This document shows, piece by piece, positions 24,953-38,770 of a stretch of DNA of 64,000 bases (positions are counted from its first letter, which is position 1; each line of letters begins with the position of its first letter). The notes under the pieces are model-generated. The model did no database searches. It was given only the letters and a program-made list of their open reading frames with translations, and was not told the origin of the DNA. The stretch is taken from contig CM082582.2 in assembly GCA_040954595.2 (NCBI GenBank), positions 2,588,303 to 2,652,302 of the forward strand, given 5' to 3'. The translations under genes were made by a program, and so were the position numbers. This DNA comes from Balanoglossus misakiensis. Taxonomy: Eukaryota > Animalia > Hemichordata.

Positions 24953-26928
24953 TCAGGAAACAATGTCCATCAACCAATAAAGCACCCTACTCTTGTGGTT
25001 GATGCTGCTACAAAATCCGAAATCATCAGTACCACCAATTAATATGTTACTTACATCTGTGTTGTTTCCTTCATCCACAGTTTTCCCTGTCATGACCATA
25101 CTTGTTGCAATTACTTTCTTCATTTGTTCAGATATTTCTTTTGACCTTTCATTACCAAATCTGACAGCAAATTCAAATGACACCTGTTGGATGGGGGAAA
25201 GACGTTACAAACAGTGACACAGTGGGTGTATGGTCGATAAAAGTCTCAATATTAGGAGGATACTGGGTGAATGTACATCATCATCTGAATTTAACTTACA
25301 AAAACACCATCAGTGAAACAGGGAAACTCTTCCACGACATCCTTCAACAGACTCTTGTCATTCTTCTTTAGTATTTCATCTCTGTACTTGACTGTCTCCC
25401 TCAATAAAGCCTTGATATTGGCTGTGTTTCTACTGTTCTTGCTCTTAGACCACTCCTCTCTTAATTCTGTGACAAGTGCCTTGATGTCCTCCTCTGATTT
25501 CTCAGCTGATGGAGCTGCTACGGCTGACTTGAATCTCGTGCCTGGTGTGGCTTTTGGGGTATCCGGACGCCTTGGTTGCTTACTCTTGACTTTCAAACTG
25601 TGACGTATGTGCCTTATCTTCTGTGATACTGCTTTTGAGAAGAAGGACTAGAGAAAAAATCACTGAAATTAGAGTTTGACCATTTGTAAATTAATTGGTT
25701 AATGGGGAGAAGGCTACCTTTACATGAAATTGTTAAGTCTAAGTTTCTGTTGTTTCAAGAAGTAGCAAATATAGACAAAGTAAAATCATAATAGATTGGT
25801 GATTATGAACCACTGATGGTATATCTTACCAAGGGATGGTTTCCTGACTCCATCCTTATGCATGGCCAAGCAAGATACATTTTTTCACCCAATTTTCTAT
25901 AGTGACTGGTTTCTCCAATCTCAGGGCATCTTGAATAATAATACTCAGCTGTTTCTGCAATTAACTTGTTCCATACCAACTCAATGTTCTTCTCCCTCAA
26001 ATGTTGTATGACTAATGGTGAAAATGCTGGCAGGCTACTATCGAGGATAGTTTGAAGAACATCTCCTGTCAAGATTCAAACAAACAGATAAAGAGGAACA
26101 CTTACTGAAAAAATATTGCAAATTAATACATGTACATGTACATGATTTCTAAGGAAATACAGATTGACAATTTGACATATTGAACAATATGCACAGCGTA
26201 GCTATTTACTTACCTGTATGCTGAAATGTTGGACTAGCGCACTGGCTGTGTGTTCCACTTGGTTCTCCGACTTCAGCATCTTCCGCAGGAGGTTTGGTGG
26301 GTGTCATCTTTAAGTGGCCAGTTCTGTCTGCATCGCCTGATGGTGATGTCATGCTTTCACTTGGATGTGAGATCTGTATTGGTCTTGATGCATTCCTATC
26401 TCTTTCTACCCTAACTTCAGAATCTTTCAGGAAAATCAAAATTTCCCCTGCCATTTCTACCAGTATATCATCTTCTTTAATTTCTGTACCGTCTGCTTCT
26501 GTAACGATTCTTACATTTCCAGTTAAATCCAACTTTTCACATCCTGCAAATAATGCAAAAATAAGTAATAGGGTGACGTGTGACTTAAGAAAGATCAGAT
26601 GTCCTGGTTCAGAAATAGGGGTGACTTTCATGTTCAATTACGTTAAAAGTGATGTCTTAACTGTCACGATGAAAAATCAAACAAAACATGTCCATGCAAT
26701 GATGCATGTCATTGAAATATGTGTTTAGTATGCCGGGCATGGAAAGAACAAAAAAATGTTTCTATTATTTCACAATTATTTTTCAAGGAATGAGAGTACA
26801 GATAAAACCTAAACATTTTACACATATTACTGTTTTGAACTTACCTTTTTTATCAGATCTTCCAGTGTTTTTGCAGCAACGCACTTCTTAATGCTTCTGT
26901 CAGCATTCCAGACTATGTAAACAGGCAT
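24953..26928 (-). pseudogene. CACTA second gene: CIDE-N-like N-terminus plus SAMD3-like body, multi-exon
   Basis: Exon 26845-26928 MPVYIVWNADRSIKKCVAAKTLEDLIKK joins GCEKLDLTGNVRIVTEADGTEIKEDDIL, with a one-base phase mismatch in an A run. Later exons: YRKLGEKMYLAWPCI (25830-26050) and LREEWSK..LLRETVKYR..VEEFPCF (25299-25648). Confidence 0.65.
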
Positions 26929-26995
26929 GTTAATAAACTGTTAATAATGTTTTTGATGCCAAATGTCCTTCAAATTTAGTAGAAATAATTTGGAG

Positions 26996-29469
26996 TTATA
27001 ATATTTGACATACATGGGCATTGATGTTCATTGTAACCAGCTTCCCATCATATCTGTATACATTTAGAGGCCACTGAAATTTCAGAGACTGAACCGAGTG
27101 AATATTGTGTCTGCCATTTGCTTCCAGTACATAGTGAAGGATGTGAATGTCAAACACAGATGGCGTGGCTGTACACTCAATTACAAAATACTTCACTTTA
27201 TCATATACTATTATATCCCTTACCAAACCAAACAATGGTTCATCCTCCTCATAATCAAGTACAAGGGCACAACCCAATTGAAACTCAAGACCATGGACAG
27301 TGATAGATGTAGTTCTGTACATTAGCCATTCATCACATGGTTCTTTTTCACATAAAACACTCATGTCATGTACCAAAGCAGGATAATCATTGCTGAAATT
27401 GAACTCACGACCACTCTTTACCACATCACCATCATATAGAAAGTTACAAGACATTTCTCCATCAACTCCAGTTTGTCTCAGACACATGTACAACTGATGA
27501 TGCATGCTAAGAGAGTAAGGAAGATTCTTGAAGTTTTTTCTTTTCACAGCTTTGAAAAATGAGTGCTTGCCTTCAAACCTCACACACCAATGGTGTCTTA
27601 GTGGGCCATACATAAGCATTTGATTAGGGAAATGTACTGTGTAGTGTTTTTTGGGGATAAATGATGATTTAGGGTATAGTGCCTGGCTTGTCCTGAGGTA
27701 AATTCCAATAAGGATGCAAAGAACTTGTGCCGTTTCTCTAGTACAATAGGTGCTTGTACATAACAAGATAATTTGTACAAGTCTGAGAAAATTTACCGAG
27801 TTTTCATTTTGTTGTGTTACCTTTTGTCCGAGAATTAAAGGGATGATTTGACACAGTGTATACAGAGCTGATGATGATTGTTTCACCGCCAAACAGTTTT
27901 CAACATCCCCTTTATCAAATGTAGCTTCAGGCTTACTTTTCCGATGTATGTATGAATAGGGAAATTTGTTTATTTGACCATTAAACCATTTCAGTGAGAA
28001 CAACTTCAAATTGTAGACACAATGATACAACAGACTGGATAGGTCTCTTGGAATTATTCCTTCCAAAAACACATGCATCGGATCTTGTACCAAGCCAGTT
28101 GTGATTGAAAAGTTTTCCAATTTCATCAAACAACTTGTACCATTAATGCCCCACATTTTGCTCCAATATCTCCGAGTACGCTTTGAAAGCTCCTCCAGCG
28201 TTTCACAACGCTGTTTATGTACTTCACCATTCCTCATTGGGCATGTAGAATCAAGCAACCTGTTTTTAAGGTCATTAACAGACAAGTCACACATTCTGAT
28301 ATTTTATATGCAAAGCCTACTCCTTCCTTAAACTTTCCAAGCCAGTTTGCAGCAGAAGTGTCAGCTGGAACAATCACTAACCCGCCATGAACGTGATGGT
28401 GATTACCTCCAATAACCATATCAACACCTACACCTGATACTTGATTTACCATTGTGATGAAATCATTTAACATCTTCTCTAAAGCTCCACTTTCTCTGAT
28501 GTCTCTTGTTTTTGCTATTCCAACAAGTTGTATTGCACTTAACCTTGATCGATATTTAGGTGGAATATTTGCCAACAAATAATAAAATATTGTTATTTTG
28601 TGCTTCTTAGTATGGCTCCCTAATGGATTCACAATTTCCAAATCATCAGTATTCAAGATTAGCATCAATGCATCGGGATTTTGCTGGAAAAGGGGATTAT
28701 TTCGAATATAGTCCCCATCACAAATGTCGAACATGAATTCATTTTGGGAAACATGTGGATGTTGAACAAAATCCCATACCTCTGGCAACTCCAACAACTT
28801 CTGCAAAGACTGACAAAGGGGAATGTAATAGCCAACTTTTTCTTTTTCAAGCAAGCAGTTATTCCTTGTTACATGATCTATCCCCAACCCAACCTCGAAA
28901 GGCTTCACAAAAGGTAAATCTCCACATTTCTCATAAAACACCAACCTTTTACTCTGTGTATCCAATCCATTCAACATGTGATCAGCAGTGAAATTGTCAA
29001 CAAATTCAGAATCAACTCCCCGTTCATCAAGTTCTTGCTTTAACTTTGTTTTGAAGTATTCTTGCTGTGCATCAAGCAATATGCCCATGGATGAAACTAC
29101 ATCATTTATTGCTATTTGGGACAGATTGTGTCTTGCCTCTAAGGCCAGAGTAAACATGGCATTTTGAAAAGATAAACCATCTCTGTCATTGAAAGGCACA
29201 GGATTGTCAACATCTGCCATTTCGATGTCGCCTGCATCTCCAAGAGGTGCAGGTCTTGGAATATCGACTATTCTGTGCTTTCTGTGGACATGAACTTTAA
29301 ACGTATTCCATCGGTGGGTAGTATAACTACATGATCCTATACCACAAGAGACTGAAAAGTTGGGATCGTTTTTGTGACGCCTTATATAATGTGTTTGATA
29401 ATAATCAAAGAAATTCGTGCTATAAGAACACAAATTACACATTAATGTGTCTCCTTCCATTGGAAACAT
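26996..29469 (-). pseudogene. EnSpm/CACTA transposase with N-terminal C2H2 fingers; one frameshift near 28300
   Basis: CNLC..HYIRRH and CGIGSC..HVHRKH fingers; LNTDDLEIVNPLGS; LANIPPKYRS; PADTSAA; DPMHVFLEG; PKKHY..HFP..GPL..WCVRFEGKH. Confidence 0.88.
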
Positions 29470-30216
29470 TAAATAAAGAATGAATTCATTGAAGAAAAGG
29501 ACATATGATTATGCAATGCTCATGAAAAATGCAACAGTAGAGTGCAGTAAGGTGCAGACTTCACTACCCGCTACCGTTGATAGGTCTGATGATGAATAAA
29601 TTTGACGTTAAAAGCCGATGGGAAGCTCCAACAATGACGTGTATCAACATATTCATAGAAGGTTTTGGTGTTTCATTCAAAAATGCCTTACCAAAGTCTG
29701 GTCTTGCTTCCGCACGACTGCCTTCTGCAGCGCACCTCATGCATTCGCGCGTTTCCACAAATGAAAAAAAGGGCGCCAAAATTAAACACCAAGTGTTTAG
29801 GGATAGAACGCCACCTTGCACGCCAATGTTAGAAGTAACAAAACGAAATGGTTTTCTAATGTTTTTTTGCAATTTTTCAAATTTTCAACCGGAACTAAAT
29901 ATCTGAAACTATTGTGTGGACCTTCTTTTCAGGAAAAACATGCTTTTGGCAACTGCAGACCGGAGATATTTTTCGTGCACTTGGTGTGCCACACCTTATA
30001 TCAAAATCGTATATGTTTGCCGGGCAGCCAGGCAATTGCAAATTTGACAAAACCATATTAGACTAAAACAACCGAAAATTGTTGATTCTTTCACACATAT
30101 TGCAAAAATATTTAACATGGCGTTAACACTATGAACACTATGTGTTCAAATTTGAACACCAACGTCTAAAGTTTGAACACATAATTACGCGTCTGGCGTC
30201 CGCTATTTTTACAGTG

Positions 30217-31750
30217 TGGGGAGGTACTGTTTAGTTTCTTCAAATTTCTGCTGTGGCACACTCATAGTCATGTCAATAGTATTGAATTGCCGACCCAGGA
30301 AGGTCATTACTGGGGACGGGGAACAAGCTTTTCCCGGTGATTCATCAAGACCAAGCTCAATAAGTAAATTGCCCAACTGAGTGAATGCAAAATCAGCCTT
30401 ATCGACTGATTCCGCACCAGCAAAATCATCTAAATAATTCACACAATCGCTTCCCTCCTGTTGTGATATATACCGGACTGCATTGGTAGTGCGCTGGCAT
30501 GCAATGGAGGCCATTCGTAACCCAAAGGGCATTTAGTGTCAAAGAAAATCATTTCTCTCCACCTATACCCCAATAGGAAATAGTCATGCGGATCGGCAGG
30601 AATTTGGCGATAAGCCCGTTTCAAATCACGCTTGTAAAGTAAACAACCAGGGCCTTTTATTCTGATAAGCTTAGTGAGATCATCGACGCCAGGGTAAGTC
30701 AAGGAAAAAGGCCCATCCAAATAGAAATCAGAAGGTATCCCATCATTCACTGAGTGGCCGATAGGGAAACTCGGATCGATAACCACCAGTCGATCCGGCG
30801 AATCCTTCTTGTCAACAGTTTGAAGCGGGGATAACATAACGGGGATAACATAAGAGGTTTGTCAAAGGGATTGTCGTGAAAGGGCCCCACTGACCCGCCT
30901 AGGGCTACCTCCTTAGAGATATATCTGTCTACGTGATCTGGGTACAGCACTGCTGATTTGTGGTTGGTGGAAACTGGAAGTGGGTGATGGGATAATGTGT
31001 AATTCAATGTCACAAACTGCATAGTCATCATACCCTTGTAGTTTAGCTAGCTCGCCAAATTGGAATGCTTAGATTTGACTGAACTGGAACGCGGCACCCT
31101 TTGTAATTGGGTAAATTTGAATTGTAAATTTTGACATGATTTTGAATAGACAGTGAGGCTGTGGGGGACAATGGAGATGGCCAATACTCTATTGGGATGT
31201 GAGCGCTGTGACTTTGTTCAAAATCACAATCTGCCATATGCGGATCTGAAAGTGTATCTTTTGTTGAGGTATGCTGCATATCATCTATGATACCTGCCTG
31301 GATAAAATCACAATTACTATTGTAGGAGGACCCGGATTGTGGATGTTGTGGCATGTTGGACAATATATCAACAGGCATGTCATGATTGTTATTGTTGATG
31401 ACTGGTGGGGAAATTGGGAGTCTGCATTATGAATGCCACCATCACAATGTCGGTTTTTAGAGTCATAATCGCTGTTATTAGCCTGGGCCATGCCCAAGTG
31501 GCAATCGTGGGAGGATTCAGATTGTAATTTTTGTGGCACACTAGAATTTTTGCGAACGTATCACAGCTGGACAATTTTTGATCATGATGAAAGTATGGTT
31601 TATCCTGACTTGTAATATTTGTAACTATCGGTTTAGGTGAAATTGGAATACCTAAACAGTGTGTGCCGTCGTCACAAGCTGGATTCTCAGACGCATACAC
31701 AACATCATCTAAACATTCATGTTGAGTGGAACACCATGAGTACATAGGTT
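30217..31750 (-). pseudogene. DIRS/Ngaro-type retrotransposon reverse-transcriptase remnant, truncated at the CACTA end
   Basis: NHKSA..GPFHDNP, SPLQTVDKKDS..DPSFP..SVNDGI, KRDLKRAYRQIP, PFGLR..CQR, NYLDDF, FLG. Frameshifted. Confidence 0.85.
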
Positions 31751-33499
31751 AGTGACTGATGAAGGCCGACCTGAAATTTCATTGTGTGAAGACATGGTAC
31801 TATCAATAGGAAAAGTACTGAGAAGTGTTTGAGTAGCTGTAAAACTCTCTGAATCGTTAGGGGCCCAAGCGCCCACTTTTTTCTATTTTTTGTGTGAGAA
31901 CTTTTAACGACATCGTGATGGCGAAGGGTTCAGGAAGGCTTGCCTTTTACCTGAAGATGTCAACTGATGTTTGTTCGAGACCACTTTTTTCTATTTCTTT
32001 TTATTGTGAGAACTTTTAACGACATTATCATTGTAATTTTTATCATTTTCATAAATCCAATTCATTTCAATATCTACGCTGCATTTTTATCTGTCGGGTA
32101 TAAGAAACATGCAGCGAAACTTGGTCATTTTTTTGTCGCGGTTTACTTGGGCAAGTCTGAATACAGAGTGCTCAGGAGAGAGAAACATAAACTCGCTAAT
32201 AACGTGTCTTTCCGTCCGCATAACCAACCAAGGAGCGAAAAGGTCGTTATTTAGGCCGTAAAAAAACGTTTTTTATTGCCGAGAAGTGAATAAAGAACGG
32301 TCAGATCATTGCGGTGCAGAGAACTCTTATTTTGCACCGCTGCGGTGCAGGGAACTCTTAATGTGCGGAAAATTTCCGACTTTTTCGAGTACACATTGTG
32401 ATGGCGAATGGTTCAGGAAGGCTAGCCTTTTACCTGAAGGAGTTAACTGATGTTGGTTCGAGACCACTATTTTTTCTATTTCTTTTTTTTTTGTGTGAAA
32501 TTTTTTAACGACATTATCAGTGTAATTTATGTCATTTTCATAAAGCCAATTCATTGCAATATCAACACTGCGTTTTTTATCTGTCGGGAATAAGAAACAT
32601 GCAGGAAAACATGGTCATTTTTTGTCGCGGTTCACTTGGGCAAGTCTGAATACGGAGTGCTCAGGAGAGAGAAAGATAAACTCGCTAAAACCGTGTCTTT
32701 CCGTCCGCATGACCAACCAAGGAGCGAAAAAGTCGTTATTTAGGCCGTAATAGAACGTTTTTGTCGCCGAGGAGTGAATAAAGAACGGTGAGATCGTTGC
32801 GGTGCAGGGAACTCTTATTTGCACCGCTGAGATGCAAATAAGATCATTCGAGTTATGCTGCAATATAGTGCGGAAAATTTCCGACTCTTTCGAGTACACA
32901 TCGTGATGGCGAATGGTTCAGGAGGGCTAGCCTTTAACCTGAAGGTGACAACTGATGTTGTTTCGAGACCTTTTTTTTATATTTCTTTTTTTGTGAGAAT
33001 TTTTAACGACATTATCAGTGTATTTTTATCATTTTCATAAAGCCAATTCATTTCAATATCAACGCTGCGTTTTTATCTGTCGGGTATAAGAAACATGCAG
33101 GGAAACTTGGTCATTTTTTTGTCGCGGTTCACTTGGGCAAGTCTGAATACGGAGTGCTCAGGATAGAGAAAGATAAACTAGCAACACAACGACATAGAAA
33201 TCCCAATTTTCGAAAACGAAGATAAAATCGGATTTTGTATGGAAATACTTATTATCAATGTCAGCCTAAACAAAAATTACGAAATTCCTTTGAAAAAAAC
33301 CCATGGTTGTCAAAGGGAAATTTTGAAATTGATTTTTCAATGGAAAAGTGCATAAATGTTACATTAAAGACCCTCATTAATATTTTTATTGAATAAAAAA
33401 CTAACTTTGAGCGATGCTAAATTTGATTTGACTTTTTTCAACAGAAAAACGAGCGCAGTTTAATTGTCAATGGGAAAGGAATCTTGTATAGCTTGAAAT

Positions 33500-33830
33500 C
33501 TTGCCAATTGGCAGGAAAACCGCAACGACTTAGAAATCCCTGCCAATTGGCAGGATTTTCAGGCTGTACTAGACTCCTGCCAATCGGCAAGATTTCCAGG
33601 TTGTCCAAACCTCTTGCCAATTGGCAGGATTTTCAGGCTGTACTAGACTACTGACAATCGGCAAGATTTCCAGGCTGTATAAGACTCCCTGCCAATTGGC
33701 AGGATTTTCAGGCTGTACAAGACTCCTGCCAATCGGCAAGATTTCCAGGCTGTATAAGACTCCCTGCCAATTGGCAGGATTTTCAGGCTGTACAAGACTA
33801 CTGACAATCGGCAAGATTTCCAGGCTGACG
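33500..33830 (+). repeat. 75-bp tandem repeat (two ~37-bp subunits) with palindromic TGCCAATTGGCA core
   Basis: Core at 33541, 33615, 33690 and 33765. Confidence 0.9.
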
Positions 33831-35951
33831 TACCAGTTCCTGCTCATCGTCGCTATCAAATTGCACAAGTGAGCACGTATTTTCGAGCGCACGATCGCTG
33901 AGCACGACATATTCGTCACTTGAATCAAATTACGTACTGGTTGATGAAAAAAATACTGCCATTAATCGACATGCTGGCGGGCGCAGAAGACGGCCCTGAT
34001 ACACGGCCGAACAACCTGGCAGTAGCCCTGACCTCGAACGCCGCGGGCCAGCTTAGGCTTGTAGTTAGTTTTGGCACAGTCACTTGGTAGATTCCATTCA
34101 ATTGAAGGGTTTCCTGATTTAAAGCACCGGTCAAGTAGGCGAAGTAATTGGACTTTTACTAGCTAGAAATACTAGAAAGTAGTCATACTGAAAAATTATA
34201 ACCCATGTAAGATTTCAGTAACATATATCCGTCAGTTCGTATTTTTTACTGAAAACATACTAGTACTCAATCATTGAAGCGCCTTTCCCAAGGTTGGCCC
34301 AACCTAAACATAATGGTTTATCTATTCTCTAATACTAATTTGAATAGTAAAGGTTAAGGGTTATAAGATATATCCAGGCACAAAGGTGGCGACCCCCGCG
34401 GCTAAGGTGTGAATCGCCAAACATATCTATGGAACAATAAAAATCTCCGGATTGTCGGAAATTTCTATTGTTTCTGTGGACAGCGACGGTTTTCGCAAAG
34501 TTCTCAATGATGCGATTCAAACCCGGGTTTGAGCAGAGTGCCCAGCGCAAACTGTCGACGTCCAACGTTATAGCGTTGCTATCTTGTGGAAGAAGACCGG
34601 TGCACTTTAAGTAAATAAACAAGAATCGAAGAAAACTTCCAGGCTGATCAACAAGCGCAAGGGTGAACCGTTCTGGCCATTGAAAACGTGTCAAGCTTAC
34701 AAGGACACCCATAAGGTGATTGTCGTCCACTAGGTCTCTCTGTTTCCGTGATGTATGGTGACTGTGTCGCCGTCCCGTGAAGTTTTGTAGCCAGCAACAT
34801 TCCTCAACGATGGGCATGTGTGTCAGGAAAGACCACCTTTTCCGACCACACACCTGTGTTGTGATCGCGTTCTTTATTGTAAGTCATGTAACATGTATTT
34901 GATGTTTGTTCAACAACCTTCAAAGTCGCGCTTTTATTATATTTTACATATGGAATGCTTTTTTTCTTTTCAGGGAACAACGACATCAATGGAGATGCTC
35001 TATGATTGGCCAAGCCACTCTTATAACCATTTTGGACCCAGAAAAGTTTTCATTGTAAAATTTCCAGGAGTTTTTATATTTTAAGCGAGTGGATGTGTAA
35101 TGTGTGTCTCTGCCAATTGGCAGAGTCAGCCATCTTGTCTCTGGCCTCTGCCAATTGGCAGAGTCAGCCATCTTGTCTCTGACCTCTGCCAATTGGCAGA
35201 GTCAGCCATCTTGTCTCTTGCCTCTGCCAATTGGCAGAATCAGGCATCTTGTCTCTAGCCTCTGCCAATACTCGAGTTTCGAGATTCTCGCGAGATTTAC
35301 GAAAACGAGGCTGAAGGTGACCAGCTAGCTAGCTAGCGCGATAATGGCTGCGGTTGTTGGCACTGGTACGGTAGCTCACATTCACGTACGGAAAAAGTCA
35401 CTAAGGTAAGATATATTGTTTTCAAAGAGAGTTAACTTTACTGATTAGTCATTTTAGAAGGTTTTGTGAATGTTCACGATATTTCAGTGTCGGGAAACAA
35501 GGCATTACTGCAAGTTGACTGTAATTTGACTGTGGAAACTGCAGACGACAAGTACAAAACTGACAAGCCGTACGCCGTAGCGCGCAGAAAAGCGCAAGCA
35601 AAGTGAAACTTTCTGATTATTTAGCTTAGCTGCGGCAGGGTCTTGGCTGTGGTTGACATTGTTGATGGAAGCATATTCCTCCGTAATCTATTACCGCGTA
35701 CGTTCAGCTTCAATGGTTGTAGCCTAACATTGAATCAAAGTTGTCTGTGCGCTTGGTTGCGGCCTGCAGGCAGACAAAGTCATTGAATGCGGAAGTGACC
35801 TCTACAATCATCGCGTACGTTGCAATGGTGATAAATAACTAGTATACGTACAATACATGATGGCCACCTAAAATTTTGACAGCGTCATTACCAATACCTC
35901 AGTCGAATTATTATTATTAATATATAATATGCTTTATTGTTATTTTGACAG

Positions 35952-38165
35952 ATGCCCAGAATCAGTAGAGGTAAGCAGTGCTGTGCATATGGATGTACAA
36001 ATACTGCCAGGGACAGCAAAGGAAACCCAACTGGAATCCATTTTTTCAGGTTTCCCAGTAAACCATCAACAAAGAACCTCTGGTGCAGTAAGATATGTCG
36101 TCAAGATGGAAGAGATGGCTTTCATGTTCGAGGTTCTACTGTTGTCTGCCATAACCACTTCAAAAAGGAAGACATATCAGTATCATTTGGAGCAAAGATA
36201 TGGAAATTGAGACCAGGCAAGTAAAGCTTGTTAGTAAACATTTATGGTTTGTGACATTGCATTTATGGGGGCAGAAATTTACGTTACTTGAAAAAGTATA
36301 ATTAGTGAGTTGCCTCTGCAAAGTCACTGGATATAATTTGGTACAATTTCAATGGGGATTATTTTCACACTTTATTTGCATACTATTGCCAGTGAAAATA
36401 TCATTTGTGTTTTGCTGGCAGCTATGTAATGAGCACTGCAAGAGTAAAAGAATGTTGTGTGTTGCATTAATATGTATTTAAACATACATTTCTAAATAGT
36501 TCATCAATCTTAACTTACTGTAGGAGCTGTTCCGAATTCTGTGCAGCCAGCTAAGAAAATTATACGGCGAGAACATCCAAAACAGAGAAACCTGATAAAA
36601 CCAAAAGCAGTTAAAAGGTTAGACTTTGAAGATAGGAAAGAAAACAAGAAGGTAAGCATCATTCATTAATGGAGACTCTTTACCTTAGTCATTTAAAAAA
36701 AACCATCACCAAACTTTACCCCCGGATAGTCAAATAAGAAAATATTTTTCCCAATTGAAATAAACCTAAATATATAATTTATTCAAACATGTTTTGTATT
36801 TTTTTCTCCGATATAGTGTGATATTGAAGAAAGGTTCAAATTTTTAAATGTATAAATGTTATGTAGTTGCCACTTTAAAAATAATAGTCTGTGACGTGTG
36901 AGTGACATCTCAGATTTGTACTTGTTACAACATATTGTTATATTTTGAGTGATTTTTATTTTTTTTCAGATTGGTTTGAAAGATGCTGCTGTACAGACAG
37001 ATAGTGCTTTTATTCAACCACCACAGCCATTTGTTCAGCCACCACAACACATTGAAGAACATTCGTATTGTTTTACTAAGCCTTCCTTTATGTGTAATGA
37101 TTATATTTTATATTTAGAGAAAAAAGTATCAGAATGTACTGCAGAAATACAAAACTTAAAATCCAAACTTGGGCAACTACAAATTGAGGTTGATGAATTG
37201 AAAAACAGAAAATTTTGTGTCGATAATTTCAAAGATGACAGTGCAGTCCAATTTTATACAGGTTTTCCAAATTATGATAGTTTTTTGCATTTTTTCATTA
37301 CCCTGAACCTAAAGCCACCAAACTGCAATATTGGAAGGGTGAAAAACAGATGAAACAATCCGTGCCCTATCAAGATCATTCCAAGTCAAAACCGGGACCA
37401 AAACGCAAGCTTACTTTATTAGATGAATTTTTTATGGTTTTAGTCAGATGTAGGGTTGGACTGTTTGTGAAGGATTTGGCTGACAGATTTGGCATATCAC
37501 CATCTTCTGTATCTAAAATTTTCACGACATGGATTATTTTCCTTTCACATGAGCTTTTGTTGTTGTTTCCCTTCCCTTCTCAGCACTCTATACAAAAGAA
37601 TATGCCCCATGCATTTGAGCTATATCCTACAACACGTGTGGTACTTGATTGCACAGAATTCTTTATCGAGGTGCCTTCCTCCATGCTTGCTCAATCACAA
37701 ACATGGTCAGCCTATAAACACCATAACACGTGGAAGGTTTTGGTTGGAATTTCCCCAAATGGTCAGGTGATATTTGTTTCTGATTTGTGGGGTGGGAGGG
37801 TCTCTGATCACAAAATTACTAAAGATTGTGGTATTCTTGCAAAACTTGATGAAGGAGATAATGTCATGGCAGACAGGGGATTTGAAATTGGGGATGTTCT
37901 ACCACCTGGAGTAACTCTAAATATACCTCCATTTAAGAGGGACCGTGCCCAGCTAAGTTCAGCTGAAGTTACAGAGACCAACAACATTGCAAGTGTAAGG
38001 ATACATGTTGAAAGGGCTATTGGAAGATTGAAAAATTACCATATCCTTGATGGAGTAATTCCATTGTCCCTAAAACACATCACCAATGAGTTAGTGACAG
38101 TATGTGCATATTTGACAAATTTCCTTCCCCCTTTACTTCCGCCAAAGACCATTGCCCCTCAATAG
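35952..38165 (+). pseudogene. THAP-DDE_Tnp_4 transposase; exons 35952-36216, 36524-36651 and 36970-38165; frameshift near 37290
   Basis: CCAYGC..FFRFP..W..VCHNHF..LRPG|AVP; VLDCTE, MADRGF and RIHVERAIG. Confidence 0.88.
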
Positions 38166-38770
38166 AAATTAATATGATATAAGATCATGCAGGACATGCA
38201 TGTTCTCATTGACCCCACTTTAAAATATCACTGAATCAAGTTCACGATTGTCAGCCAGTCCTTTAAATATTATTCTTGTCACTGTGTCCTCCAGTCTGTC
38301 CAAAAGGTCAACTTGACACTAAAATGTGCACTTTATAATATTAAATTTTCATTCAGATTTTTTCTTTCATTGGATCAAGGAAACATACAGTCCTGTTTCA
38401 TTGTAAGAGATATTATTCTGTATCAGTGTAACTGATTTATCTTTATTGTACATAGTTGATCAAAAAATGCAAGAATGAAGTATGACAAGTTGTGACCATT
38501 TAATATTAATATGAAATAACTTTTGACATTGTAATGATTTATTTATGGGTACACACATATACCATTGTATACAAAGGTCAAAGAATTCATTGAAAAAGTT
38601 GTGTGATTTATCTAATTTATTAAATGTATTAAAATGTAATATGCAGTGAACACTTGTAAATATGTTTTAATAAAAAATACACTCACTTATGGCATGTAAA
38701 TACATGTATGGATTCTGCGTTTATTCATTTCGTAAATTGGCAGAATTAGTCCCTTTAACATACAGCTAAA

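Larger units (their letters stand above)
24500..30216 (-). mobile_element. CACTA/EnSpm-type DNA transposon; only one terminus located
   Basis: The minus strand starts CACTGTAAAAA at 30216, followed by repeated GTGTTCA/TGAACAC subterminal motifs. Two tandem genes follow. The left end was not found, so the start coordinate is approximate. Confidence 0.78.

Noticed and set aside
34335-34853. 172-aa ORF inside the AAC-ended element
   Set aside because: No recognisable motif and a non-ATG start; cannot be supported as a gene.
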